From the NCBI GenBank assembly GCA_963703285.1, contig OY969807.1, positions 2,080,001 through 2,144,000 of the forward strand: a stretch of DNA of 64,000 nucleotides, read 5' to 3'. The notes below the pieces were generated by a model. The model was not told the DNA's origin, made no database searches, and worked only from the letters and a program-made list of their open reading frames with translations. The translations under genes and the position numbers were made by a program. This document shows positions 9,669 through 19,325 of this stretch, piece by piece; position 1 is the first letter of the stretch; every line of letters starts with the position of its first letter. Source of the stretch: an uncultured Nitrososphaerota archaeon. GTDB lineage: Archaea; Thermoproteota; Nitrososphaeria; Nitrososphaerales; Gagatemarchaeaceae.

Positions 9669-9819
9669 ATACGCCACACCGATTTCGGCTCCGTAGAGCA
9701 TCGAGACGCGGACCCGCTCACCTGAGTTCAGGCAAGCAAGGCCCGCTCCGATTCGCCCCGTGGTGACGTCGGAGGGGAGAAATCATAAAGACCCCCCCGC
9801 CGCTGTAGAGAGCATCGCA

Positions 9820-11295
9820 TTGCAGACACAGATACGGGAAAACTACGGCAAGCTGAAGCTCCTGATCGACGGCGACTGGATTGAATCGAGCTCGTCAGAC
9901 CTCGGCGAGGCCTACGACCCCGGAAAGGGCGCGAGGCTGGCGCAGGTGCCGTTCGCCCTCCCAGAGGAGGCGGACCGCGCGGCGGAGGCCGGAGCGGGGG
10001 CCTTCGAGAAGTGGCGGAACGTCTCGATACTCGAGCGCGTCAAGTACCTGTACAGGCTGAGGGACACCCTGGAGCGGCACTCCGAGGAGCTCGCGACGAT
10101 CAACACCCAGAACCACGGCAAGACACTTGAGGAGAGCCGCGGGGAGTTGAAGCGCTGCGTGGAGAACGTCGAGGTCGCCATCGCAGCAGCCTACACCCTT
10201 GCGAAGGGAGACACGCTCGACCAGATAGCCGAAGGGATCGACGTGAGCTTGTCCAAGGAGCCCCTCGGCGTCTTCTCCGTCGTCTGCCCCTTCAACTTCC
10301 CGGTCATGGTCCCGTTCTGGTTCATCCCCTACGCACTGGTCCTGGGGGACACCGTCGTGGTCAAGCCCAGCGAGCTCACCCCCGTACCGATGCAGCGCGT
10401 CGCCGAGCTGATACAGGACGAGGTCGGGCTGCCCCGCGGCGTTCTCAACGTCGTCCACGGGGGGAGGCAGGTCGTCGAGCGCCTGATAGCCAACAGGGAG
10501 GTGAAGGGCGTCACCTTCGTCGGGTCGACCCCGGTGGCCCGTCAGATCTACCGGATGGCGGGAGAGCACGGGAAGCGTGCCATCGCCAACGGCGGCGCCA
10601 AGAACAGCGTCCTCGTGATGCCCGACGCGGACCTCGACGCATCGATGTCAAACATGGTCTCATCCTTCTTCGGGAACACCGGACAGAGGTGCCTGGCTGG
10701 GGCGAACCTAGTCTCGGTAGGGGACGTCCACGACGTCCTCCTGGACAAGTTTGCAAGGGCCGCCCTCTCGCTCAAGGTCGGGTACGGCCTCGACGCTGGC
10801 GTCCAGATGGGGCCGCTCGTGACGGAAAAGGCCCGCGCCCGCGTCTCGGACTACGTCGAGGTGGGGGTGACAGAGGGAGCCAAGCCGGTCTCGGACGGGA
10901 GGACGCTCAGGGTCCTCGAGTATCCCAACGGATTCTACCTGGGGCCGACGATCCTCGACAAGGTCAACCTTGACATGAGGATAGCCCGGGAGGAGATATT
11001 CGGTCCGATCGCGAGCGTGTTGAGCGCCGAGACGCTCGATGGCGCCATCGAGATGATAAACGGCTCGACCAACTTCGGCAACATGGCGTGCATCTACACC
11101 TCCAGCGGGAGGTCCGCCCGAGAGTTCAGGAGGAGGATAGACGCGGGCAACATCGGCATCAACATAGGAGTGGCCGCGCCCTCGGCGTACTTTCCCTTCG
11201 GGGGGCGCAGGGACTCCTTCTACGGCGTGCTGCACGCGCAGATTGACACCATCGAGTTCTTCACGGACAAGAAGATCGCCATCTCAAGGTGGTAA
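9820..11295 (+). CDS. mmsA: CoA-acylating (methyl)malonate-semialdehyde dehydrogenase
   Basis: PFNFPVMVPFW, KPSELTP, FVGSTPVA, GGAKN, GQRCLA, EEIFGP, GNIGINIG. Confidence 0.9.
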   Translation: MQTQIRENYGKLKLLIDGDWIESSSSDLGEAYDPGKGARLAQVPFALPEEADRAAEAGAGAFEKWRNVSILERVKYLYRLRDTLERHSEELATINTQNHGKTLEESRGELKRCVENVEVAIAAAYTLAKGDTLDQIAEGIDVSLSKEPLGVFSVVCPFNFPVMVPFWFIPYALVLGDTVVVKPSELTPVPMQRVAELIQDEVGLPRGVLNVVHGGRQVVERLIANREVKGVTFVGSTPVARQIYRMAGEHGKRAIANGGAKNSVLVMPDADLDASMSNMVSSFFGNTGQRCLAGANLVSVGDVHDVLLDKFARAALSLKVGYGLDAGVQMGPLVTEKARARVSDYVEVGVTEGAKPVSDGRTLRVLEYPNGFYLGPTILDKVNLDMRIAREEIFGPIASVLSAETLDGAIEMINGSTNFGNMACIYTSSGRSAREFRRRIDAGNIGINIGVAAPSAYFPFGGRRDSFYGVLHAQIDTIEFFTDKKIAISRW

Positions 11296-11447
11296 CCGCT
11301 AGAGACACAGGAGTTCGTCGTGCCTGGGGCCGGCCGTGAATCCGCCAACTATCACAAGGACGTGGGCCGGCAGGGGTCCTTGGCCCCCGAAGAAGAACCG
11401 CTCCTGGAACTACAAGTTAAAAGGCGGCCGTTTCAACAGTTCCACCG

Positions 11448-12752
11448 TTGAAGTCCACGCTCTCCAACGAATCCGAGTATCTGATGCGCTGCTTACCGCA
11501 CCAGGAGGACATCACGGTCAAGGACGCCAAGGGGATGACGATAACCGACACCACCGGCAAGAAGTACCTCGACCTCTTCGGTGGGATTGCCGTCAACAAC
11601 GTGGGGCACTGCCACCCGAAGGTGGTGGCCGCGATAAGGGAGCAGGCGGGCCGTTTCATGCACACCTCGAACTACTACCACAACGACGTCCTGCCCGCTC
11701 TGGCCCGGCGCATTGCGGAGGTCTCGCCCCGCGGGCTTCACCGCAGCTTCTTCGCGAACAGCGGAACCGAGGCCATCGATGGGTCGGTCAAGCTCGCCAA
11801 GAAGTTCGCCTACGTCAGCGGCAAGAACGGGATGGGGGTGGTCTCGCTGCAGGGTTCGTTTCACGGAAGGCTATCGCTTACCCTCTCGCTGACCGGCCAG
11901 AAGAAGTACAAGTCGAAGCTCGGAAGCTATGCGTCGTTCCCGGGCATCTTCTACGCGCCCGTCCCCTACCACTACCGATACGGGGGCGACGAGTCGCCCG
12001 ACGACTTCGGTTTGGCGTGCGCGGAAGACCTGAGGGAAATCATCGACGAGTACTCAGAGGGAGACATCAGCGCCGTGATAATAGAGCCGATCCTCGGCGA
12101 AGGCGGGATAATCGTGCCCCCGGACACCTATCTGCCAAAGGTACAGCAGACCTGCAAGTCGAGGCAGATTCCCCTCATCATCGACGAGGTCCAGACGGGC
12201 ATCGGGCGGACCGGAGAGATGTTCGCGTCCCAGATTTGGAACATCCGGCCTGACATAATGGCCTTCGCCAAGGCAATCGGCGGCGGACTCCCCATGGGAG
12301 GCTTCATCGCGACCGATGAGGTGGCTTCCTCGTTCGAGGAGGGCGACCACAACTCCACTTTCGGGGGCAACCCTGTCTGCTGCGCCGCGGCGCTCGCGGT
12401 CCTCGATGTGATGGAAGAGGAGGGCCTGGTCAACAGGTCCAAGAGGATGGGCGACTACGCCCTAAGAAGGCTGGGCGAGCTCGCAGAGAGGTCCGACCTC
12501 ATCGGTGAGGTCAGGGGTCGAGGGTTGATGATAGGCGTCGAGCTGGTGAAGGACCGGAAGAAGACGCCGGCCGAAGCTGCCGCGGTGAAGGCAAAGGACA
12601 GCCTGAGGCGCCAGGGATTTCTTATCGGGGTAGGAGGGCTGTACCACAACGTCCTGAGGCTCGAACCTCCGCTCATAATCACGGAGAACGAGATCGACGC
12701 GAGCGTGGACGCCCTAGACTCCGCCCTGCGTTCGACCGGCAAGTCTGTCTAG
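11448..12752 (+). CDS. Class III PLP-dependent aminotransferase (GabT/ArgD-like)
   Basis: NSGTEA, SFHGR, EPILGEGG, DEVQTGIGRTG, AKAIGGG, STFGGNP. Confidence 0.92.
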   Translation: MKSTLSNESEYLMRCLPHQEDITVKDAKGMTITDTTGKKYLDLFGGIAVNNVGHCHPKVVAAIREQAGRFMHTSNYYHNDVLPALARRIAEVSPRGLHRSFFANSGTEAIDGSVKLAKKFAYVSGKNGMGVVSLQGSFHGRLSLTLSLTGQKKYKSKLGSYASFPGIFYAPVPYHYRYGGDESPDDFGLACAEDLREIIDEYSEGDISAVIIEPILGEGGIIVPPDTYLPKVQQTCKSRQIPLIIDEVQTGIGRTGEMFASQIWNIRPDIMAFAKAIGGGLPMGGFIATDEVASSFEEGDHNSTFGGNPVCCAAALAVLDVMEEEGLVNRSKRMGDYALRRLGELAERSDLIGEVRGRGLMIGVELVKDRKKTPAEAAAVKAKDSLRRQGFLIGVGGLYHNVLRLEPPLIITENEIDASVDALDSALRSTGKSV

Positions 12753-12771
12753 TACATTCTGGGAGTTCCCC

Positions 12772-13605
12772 TCAGCCCGCAGTCCCGCCAGCGCCTAGAG
12801 TCTCCGGCGGAACGAAGGCCCGGTACCTCCGGTTCACCGCCACGACGATCGCGACACAGAAGATGAACCCGTAGGTGATGCTGGCGGCGTGGACCAGCGC
12901 GGTCGGAGGTGGCTGAACGAGTATGGCCGGGGGAGGAGGGATTACGACCGTGGGCGTGCCCCCGTTCCCGGAGACAACGACCTGGTGGGCGGGCAGCGTG
13001 ACCAATCCTGCGAAGAGCAGGAGCAGGAAGACATACGCCGCAAAGGCGCAGACGAGCGCAAGCTGGTCCCTGGGCCGGGACGGCCGGAGCACGGATCCCT
13101 GCCTAGCCACCAAGCGACCCTTCCTCTGCAACGCAATCAGGCCGAAGCAGATTAGGAAGGCCGCGAAGGTGTACCCTATCACGGCGTTGGAGAGACCGGA
13201 CATGCCGTAGAACGAGCAGTAGCTTCCGCAGATTCGGGGGGTCACGTAGACCGACGATATGGCCGTCAGCTGGGCGAACCCCCCGACTGCGACCGCAATG
13301 AGCGGCAGGAGATACGCCGAGGTGACCCGGAGCGCGCGCGGGAGGTACAGGAGCACCATCAGGAGGAAGGCGGAAGACGTCACGACGTTCTCGACGTTCA
13401 CGGACCCGTCGTAGACGAAGTTCGAGGTGAGGAGCCCGAGCGGGTTCCCTGGCGAGCCCTCCACGGAGGGCGCCGGGGAGATTCGGTAGAAGGAGAAGAA
13501 CACCATCACCGAGGAGAGCGCGACTACGGGAAGCGCGACGAAGAGGACGCCGACCGCACGCCTCGCCGAGAAGCTCGACAAGCGACCATGCATGACTTCT
13601 ATCAT
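12772..13605 (-). CDS. Divergent rhomboid-like membrane protein
   Basis: Multi-TM; LLTSNFVY, GMSG (GxSG) and a late-TM His (LVHAASITYG). Confidence 0.5.
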   Translation of the reverse strand: MIEVMHGRLSSFSARRAVGVLFVALPVVALSSVMVFFSFYRISPAPSVEGSPGNPLGLLTSNFVYDGSVNVENVVTSSAFLLMVLLYLPRALRVTSAYLLPLIAVAVGGFAQLTAISSVYVTPRICGSYCSFYGMSGLSNAVIGYTFAAFLICFGLIALQRKGRLVARQGSVLRPSRPRDQLALVCAFAAYVFLLLLFAGLVTLPAHQVVVSGNGGTPTVVIPPPPAILVQPPPTALVHAASITYGFIFCVAIVVAVNRRYRAFVPPETLGAGGTAG

Positions 13606-13906
13606 TGTCTATGAGCCTACTGGGCTCCCCGCCCAACCATGGCCCGTCTCACCAAGCGCTGGATAGTGAATGGCGCTCTAGAAAAATCATACCATCCGCA
13701 TCTCGAGTTCGGAGAACGCAGCAGCAACACCGCTATCTCCCCCGATGACAGCCACACCCCTGTTACGGGTGGACGCCAGGTCGGGCGAAGGGTCCCGCCA
13801 CCAACTCTCTTCTCCTCCGCACGTTCTCATTTTTGATACAAAGCCAAACAGGTACGGGGAATTGGACAAATACAAGAAATATTTCGGTCGGTCATCGGGA
13901 ATTGTG

Positions 13907-14695
13907 TTGACAGAAAATAAGAAAAGTGCGAAAGGCGTTCGGAAGTCAGTTAAACCGAACAAGACATTTGCAAAGAAGGTAGGTGTTTCCGCCGGACCAA
14001 TCGACACGGTCCTGGAGACGAAGGTTACCAAGCGTACCCTCCTCAAGGGTACCATTGCGGCGGGCGCCGTCGTGGGCGTATCCGCCCTGGCGCTGCGAGG
14101 GGGTGTCCTGCAGACCTCCGGGAGCGGCGTACAGCAGACCTCGTCGGTGCCGGCTGCGCCTGCGGCTGCAGCGCCCAACCCGTTCGCCGCCCAGACGGTG
14201 ACGTTCACGGTCAACGGAACCAGCTACACGGTCTCGGTCGAGCCGAGAGACATGCTCGCCAACGTTCTCAGGGACGACCTCGGGCTCGTCGGCACAAAGA
14301 TGGGGTGCAACAGGATGGCGTGCGGCGCCTGCACGGTCCTGATAGACGGCGAAGCCCACGAGGCGTGCCAGTACCCGGCGATAAGGGCAGGCGGCCACAC
14401 GATACTGACGACCGAGGGGGGCGTCCCAACGACGACGTCGACTGGCACAGTCACGGTGCCGGCTGACCCGGTGATCGCCGCTCTTCAGGCTGCGTGGGTC
14501 CAGAACGACGGAGGCCAGTGCGCCTTCTGCGGCGCCGGCAACATCATGGCCGCCGCGGCGCTGCTGAAGCAGAACACGAGCCCCACGGTGGCTCAGATAC
14601 AGCAGGCCCTCTCGGGCAACCTCTGCCGGTGCGGCAACTACCTGGCCATAATCGCCTCCGTGCAGGCCGCGGCGACGGCCCTTGGAGGTGCTTGA
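13907..14695 (+). CDS. Xanthine-oxidase-family 2Fe-2S subunit with Tat-like leader (PaoA-like)
   Basis: GTKMGCNRMACGACTV, QCAFC, GNLCRCG; leader TKRTLLKG plus hydrophobic segment; TTG start inferred. Confidence 0.9.
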   Translation: MTENKKSAKGVRKSVKPNKTFAKKVGVSAGPIDTVLETKVTKRTLLKGTIAAGAVVGVSALALRGGVLQTSGSGVQQTSSVPAAPAAAAPNPFAAQTVTFTVNGTSYTVSVEPRDMLANVLRDDLGLVGTKMGCNRMACGACTVLIDGEAHEACQYPAIRAGGHTILTTEGGVPTTTSTGTVTVPADPVIAALQAAWVQNDGGQCAFCGAGNIMAAAALLKQNTSPTVAQIQQALSGNLCRCGNYLAIIASVQAAATALGGA

Positions 14696-14699
14696 GAGA

Positions 14700-17081
14700 A
14701 TGTCTTCCTCCTACTCACTGGTGGGCAACGCCAGCGTCACGAGACGGGGCCTCATCAACAGGATCAACGGGACGGGGCACTTCACAACCGACATCTCGGC
14801 GAGCGACATCGGGGCCTCCAGCATGGTCTACTTTGGCCTGGTGATGAGCCCCTACCCGAGCGCGCTGATCAAGAGCATCGACGTGAGCAAGGCCGAGGCG
14901 GCGGGATACACGACGCTGACCGCAGCCGACCTGCCTGCATACAACTACGTTAACGAGGGTCGAAATTTCCTGCCCCTGGCGAGGGACTCGGTCCTCTTCG
15001 CCGGCCAGCCGGTGGCGGCCGTCGCCTCGACCGACCCGGACACCATCACGGACGGCATCGACCTCGTGAACGTGGCCTACGAGCCGCAGCCATACGTCTT
15101 CGACGCGGAGGAGGCGCTCAAGCCTGGCGCACCTCAGCTCTACCCGGGAGGGAACAGCCTGACGGGCCCAGAGCCGGTCACGATTTCCTACGGCGACGTC
15201 GAGACGGCCCTCTCCGCGGCTGACGCTGTGGTCACACAGAGGTTCGACTACCCAATCCTCCAGCACTTCCAGATCGAACCGAGCGGCTGCGTCGCCTGGT
15301 GGACGGGAGGCACGCTCTACACCTATCAAAGGTCCAACTACGCCTTCGGCGACCAGTCTAGCCTGGCGAGCTACTTCGGGATCCCGGTCTCGGACGTGGT
15401 CTGCAGGGTGGCCCTCGGAGGCTCAACCAACTCCATGAACGGCGGGATGTTCGGCAACGCCGTGAACGAGAACTCGCTCGTCATCGCTGCTGCGATGTCC
15501 CAGAAGGTCGGCGCGCCCGTCAAGTGGGTTGGCACTCGCTTCGCGGACGCACGCTCGACAAACAGCAGGTTCCCCACTAGGTGCTACTGCGCGTTCGGCG
15601 GGACGAAGGCAGGCCTCCTGACAGCGATGCAGGTGAACATGTACTACAACATGGGCGCCGTCGGAGGCAGCATGACGGACGGCGCTGACGACTTCTACAA
15701 CACGTACGTCGTCCCGAACCTCGAGATCAACCAGTACGTCGTAAGCACCAACGCGTACAGCATGGGCACCCCAATGAGGGACGTCGGAGAGAGCCAGACC
15801 CACTTCGCGATGGAGTCGACCATAGACATGCTCGCGGATCAGCTCGGGATCGACCCCGTCACCTTCAGGCTCAACAACATGAGGACGAGCGCCACAGCCA
15901 CGGACCCCGTGGCCGGCACGCCCTACAGCACTCTCCCCCAGCCGCAGGTCTTCAACTCTGCAACGAGCGCCTTCAACTGGACGTCGCTCTGGAAGGGCTG
16001 GGGCGTCCCGAGCTCGACGAGCGGCTCCATCCGCTACGGCGTCGGCCTGGCTCTCGAGAGCTGCAACAAGGGAGGTTACATGCCTGTCTGCTGGGGCCAG
16101 ATAACCGTCAACCCCGACGGGAGCGTGGCCATCTACAACGGACAGTCCGACCAGGGAGGGGGCACCACCACGACGCTTCCCCTGCTGGCGGCGCAGTTCA
16201 TCGGACTCAGCTCGCTCGAGAACGTGACATACTACTCTGGCGACACGTCGGTCACCTCTGACTCCGGCGGCACCTTCGGCAGCCTGGGCACGATGACCGG
16301 CGGCCTCGGGGTGCTATCCGCCGCCACCGCCCTCGGACGCGCGTGGTTCCCGATAGTGGCGGCAGCCCTGGCCCCCGGCACCAAGGCGTCCAACCTCGCG
16401 TTCGGCGGTGGCATCGGAGCCGGCTTCAGCGGCGTCGGCGGGAGCGTCTCGCCGCAGCCCTCGGGAATAATCTACGACACGACGAACCCCTCCAACCAGA
16501 TGACCTTCCAGCAGGCGGCGGCGCTCCTCAGCGCGCCCCTCACAGTCACCGGGTACGGGCCCCCCTCGGAGTTCCCGGGCCTCGCGTTCACGCACCGCGA
16601 CTCCGGGACGAAGATCGCGATGGTGGCCGTCGACACGCTGACCGCCGACGCCGAGGTCGTGAGCGTCGTGAGCGCGCTGGACATAGGCCGCGTCGTCTTC
16701 GCGAAGGGAGCCCGGTCCCAGCTCGAGGGCGCCTTCATCGGCCTCGGGATGGGCGAGGCGCTCTTCGAGGAGGTGCTCAACGACCCGACGACTGGTCTCG
16801 CCCGTTCCGGAAGCTACCTCAACCCGAACTACCTCGACATGAAGATACCGACCATCATGCAGGCACCCTCCAGCTTCACGTGCCTCCCCTACGAGAGCCT
16901 CGACCCGACGGGCCCGTTCGGGGCCAAGGGGATGGGCGAGGACTCCCTGTGCGCCACCTCGGCCGCGATAGCGAACGCGATGAGCAACGCCCTGGGCGGC
17001 TACAGGTTCACGAGCGTCCCAATGAGGAAGGAGGACATTGTGGCCGCGCTGCAGTGGATGCAGGCGAACGGGAAACTCTAA
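14700..17081 (+). CDS. Xanthine-oxidase-family molybdopterin-binding subunit (PaoC-like)
   Basis: SPYPSALIKSIDVSKAE, GQPVAAV, LGIDPVTFRLNN, SDQGGG, GPFGAKGMGE with catalytic Glu. Confidence 0.92.
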   Translation: MSSSYSLVGNASVTRRGLINRINGTGHFTTDISASDIGASSMVYFGLVMSPYPSALIKSIDVSKAEAAGYTTLTAADLPAYNYVNEGRNFLPLARDSVLFAGQPVAAVASTDPDTITDGIDLVNVAYEPQPYVFDAEEALKPGAPQLYPGGNSLTGPEPVTISYGDVETALSAADAVVTQRFDYPILQHFQIEPSGCVAWWTGGTLYTYQRSNYAFGDQSSLASYFGIPVSDVVCRVALGGSTNSMNGGMFGNAVNENSLVIAAAMSQKVGAPVKWVGTRFADARSTNSRFPTRCYCAFGGTKAGLLTAMQVNMYYNMGAVGGSMTDGADDFYNTYVVPNLEINQYVVSTNAYSMGTPMRDVGESQTHFAMESTIDMLADQLGIDPVTFRLNNMRTSATATDPVAGTPYSTLPQPQVFNSATSAFNWTSLWKGWGVPSSTSGSIRYGVGLALESCNKGGYMPVCWGQITVNPDGSVAIYNGQSDQGGGTTTTLPLLAAQFIGLSSLENVTYYSGDTSVTSDSGGTFGSLGTMTGGLGVLSAATALGRAWFPIVAAALAPGTKASNLAFGGGIGAGFSGVGGSVSPQPSGIIYDTTNPSNQMTFQQAAALLSAPLTVTGYGPPSEFPGLAFTHRDSGTKIAMVAVDTLTADAEVVSVVSALDIGRVVFAKGARSQLEGAFIGLGMGEALFEEVLNDPTTGLARSGSYLNPNYLDMKIPTIMQAPSSFTCLPYESLDPTGPFGAKGMGEDSLCATSAAIANAMSNALGGYRFTSVPMRKEDIVAALQWMQANGKL

Positions 17082-17094
17082 GTGGTGAAGACAG

Positions 17095-18108
17095 ATGAGA
17101 AACGAATTAGCGCAATTCGGATACCTACAGCCAACATCGGTCAGTGACGCGGTCTCGCTCCTGACCAAGTACGGCGGTCAGGCGAGGGTCATCGCCGGAG
17201 GTACCGACCTACTCTACCAGATGAAGGAGCACATCGACCTCCTCACGCCGCAGTATGTCGTCGACATCACCGGGCTCAACCTGAGCGGCATAAGCTACAG
17301 CTCGAGCTCGGGACTCACGATAGGAGCCACCACCAACGTCTCAGACCTGCTCAACAACTCCGACGTCAAGGCGAACTACGGTGCGCTCTACGGCGCGGTC
17401 TCCGGCCATCCCGCGCAGATCGCCAACCAGGCGACCGTGGCGGGCGACATCTCCCAGGAGGTCTGGTGCTGGTACCTGAGGAACAACTACGACTGCTGGC
17501 GCAACGGCGGGAACGTCTGCTACGCACCCAACGGCGACAACCGCTACTACCACAGCCTCTTCGGCGGCAACCTCTGCTACGCAGTGCACGCGGGCGACAT
17601 AACGCCCGCCCTCTTCGCCCTCAACGCCACCGTGACCATCCAGGGACCAGGGGGTTCGACGACCGAGTCGATGGACTCCTTCATGCCCGGCGTCACCATC
17701 GTCGACGGCCGCGTCAAGGAGAACAGCCTCCGATACAACGAGATCGTGACCTCGATAAACGTCCCCGCCCCCGCATCCGGCTCGGTCAGCGCCTTCTACA
17801 AGGCGAGCGATAGGAACGCAATCGACTTCGCACTCGCCAACTGCGCGGTCAGCGCGACCCTGAGCGGGACCACCGCCTCGAACGTGAGGCTGGTCCTGGG
17901 AGGGGTAGCCAACAAGCCCATCCGCGCCACGGCCGCAGAGAGCTACCTGAACGGACAGCAGCTCAACGCGAGCGTGATATCGGCCGCTGCCACCAAGGCC
18001 CTCTCCGGTGCCACGCCGCTGACGACGGGCACGGGGAACGCCTTCCGGGTCTACATCGCTCAGGGGGTCGTGCAGAAGGCCCTCAGCAGCCTGGTCAATA
18101 GTTCATAA
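17095..18108 (+). CDS. Xanthine-oxidase-family FAD subunit with 4Fe-4S insert (PaoB-like)
   Basis: IAGGTDL, QIANQATVAG, CWYLR...C...C...C insert as in PaoB/HcrB, AIDFALA. Confidence 0.92.
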   Translation: MRNELAQFGYLQPTSVSDAVSLLTKYGGQARVIAGGTDLLYQMKEHIDLLTPQYVVDITGLNLSGISYSSSSGLTIGATTNVSDLLNNSDVKANYGALYGAVSGHPAQIANQATVAGDISQEVWCWYLRNNYDCWRNGGNVCYAPNGDNRYYHSLFGGNLCYAVHAGDITPALFALNATVTIQGPGGSTTESMDSFMPGVTIVDGRVKENSLRYNEIVTSINVPAPASGSVSAFYKASDRNAIDFALANCAVSATLSGTTASNVRLVLGGVANKPIRATAAESYLNGQQLNASVISAAATKALSGATPLTTGTGNAFRVYIAQGVVQKALSSLVNSS

Positions 18109-18131
18109 GGCACGAGTGCAGTACTCCCTGT

Positions 18132-18377
18132 ATGAGTTCCAGCAGCGCCCCGGAGCACCTCCCACCGGAGGTGCTCACCATCCCCGAGATGCTCGAGAGG
18201 TACAAGGACCACTGGGTGGGCATCGAGGTCACCGAGAGGGACAAGAGCCTCCAGCCCGTGAAGGGGAGGGTCCTCGCGCACGACCCAGACCGATACGGGT
18301 TGAGGGAGAAGACATCCAGGTACCCAGAGGTCTGTATCTTCTATGCTGGTGAGCCGCCATTTCCTCTGCTCCTGTGA
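18132..18377 (+). CDS. DUF5678-like small protein, copy 1
   Basis: LERYKDHWVGI...GRVLAHDPD pattern; ends FPLLL; stop overlaps the GTG of the next gene. Confidence 0.75.
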   Translation: MSSSSAPEHLPPEVLTIPEMLERYKDHWVGIEVTERDKSLQPVKGRVLAHDPDRYGLREKTSRYPEVCIFYAGEPPFPLLL

Positions 18378-18808
18378 CCGGGGCAGCAACACTCGAGCAT
18401 GCCTTCGGGAAGCTCCCCACGGTTTTCGCTAGGGTCAAGGGACGGAACGGCAAGGTAAGGGAGTACAGTGCGCTGGTCGTCCCTACCTCTGAGTTCTGCA
18501 TACTCCCGACCGTCGACGCCTACAGTTTGGGATACCCTGAGGTCATCTCCAACAACTCGCGCATCCCACCGAAGAATTCGATGGTGCTCGCCACCTACTC
18601 GGGGTACACGAGAGGGCTCCCCATCAGGATACCCCAGGTCGACATCGGCAGCATCTCGTCCAAGGACGTCGAGTTCCTGGTGATCGACCTGCCGCAGGTC
18701 ATCGGCTTCGACATGGTCCTCGGGCAGTCACTGCTCAGGTGCATGAGGGTGGAGATGGACTTCTCGTCGCGCACGCTGAAGATAGAGGGAGCCGCGGGCC
18801 CGAGATGA
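18374..18808 (+). CDS. Retropepsin-fold protein A lacking the catalytic Asp, copy 1
   Basis: ALVVPTSEFCIL in place of ALxDTGA; FDMVLGQSLL retropepsin C-terminal motif. Confidence 0.75.
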   Translation: MTGAATLEHAFGKLPTVFARVKGRNGKVREYSALVVPTSEFCILPTVDAYSLGYPEVISNNSRIPPKNSMVLATYSGYTRGLPIRIPQVDIGSISSKDVEFLVIDLPQVIGFDMVLGQSLLRCMRVEMDFSSRTLKIEGAAGPR

Positions 18809-19248
18809 GGTTCGCGCTGAACAAGCAGATGAGCCTGTTCGCGAAGGTCAAGGGACCGAACGGCCACGTCAGCGAGCTCAACTGCCTGCTCGACCCCAAC
18901 ACACCATTCACGGTTCTCTTCACGCGGGACGGGGTGAACCTTGGCTTCCCGGAGGCGGCCCTCCGTCCACGCGACTGGCAGAAGCTACACCCGGATCGTG
19001 TGGTCTACATCGCCGGGCTCCGGGGCATCGAGATGACGACTGCCCTTGAACTCACCGAAATCAGGCTGGGCGACCTCGTCGCCAGGAACGTGAAGACAGT
19101 AGTGTTGGAGATGGGCCTGCCGCGGATGTTCCCGTTCGAGATGATCCTGGGACGCTCCTTCCTCGACAACTTCAAGCTGACGCTAGACCCGCAGAAGGGT
19201 GTCCTTAAGCTTGCGGAGCCGCGGAAGCCGACGAAGCCGTTCAAGTGA
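18805..19248 (+). CDS. Retropepsin-fold protein B (DPN instead of DTG), copy 1
   Basis: CLLDPNTPFTV, MILGRSFLDNFKLTLD; ATGA overlap with the upstream gene. Confidence 0.75.
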   Translation: MRFALNKQMSLFAKVKGPNGHVSELNCLLDPNTPFTVLFTRDGVNLGFPEAALRPRDWQKLHPDRVVYIAGLRGIEMTTALELTEIRLGDLVARNVKTVVLEMGLPRMFPFEMILGRSFLDNFKLTLDPQKGVLKLAEPRKPTKPFK

Positions 19249-19325
19249 GGAGGACGGTCAGCAACCCAAACCTTCTCGGGCAACAGCTTAACTACGCCGA
19301 CGGTGCTCGACCTGCCGCGGTTGGC

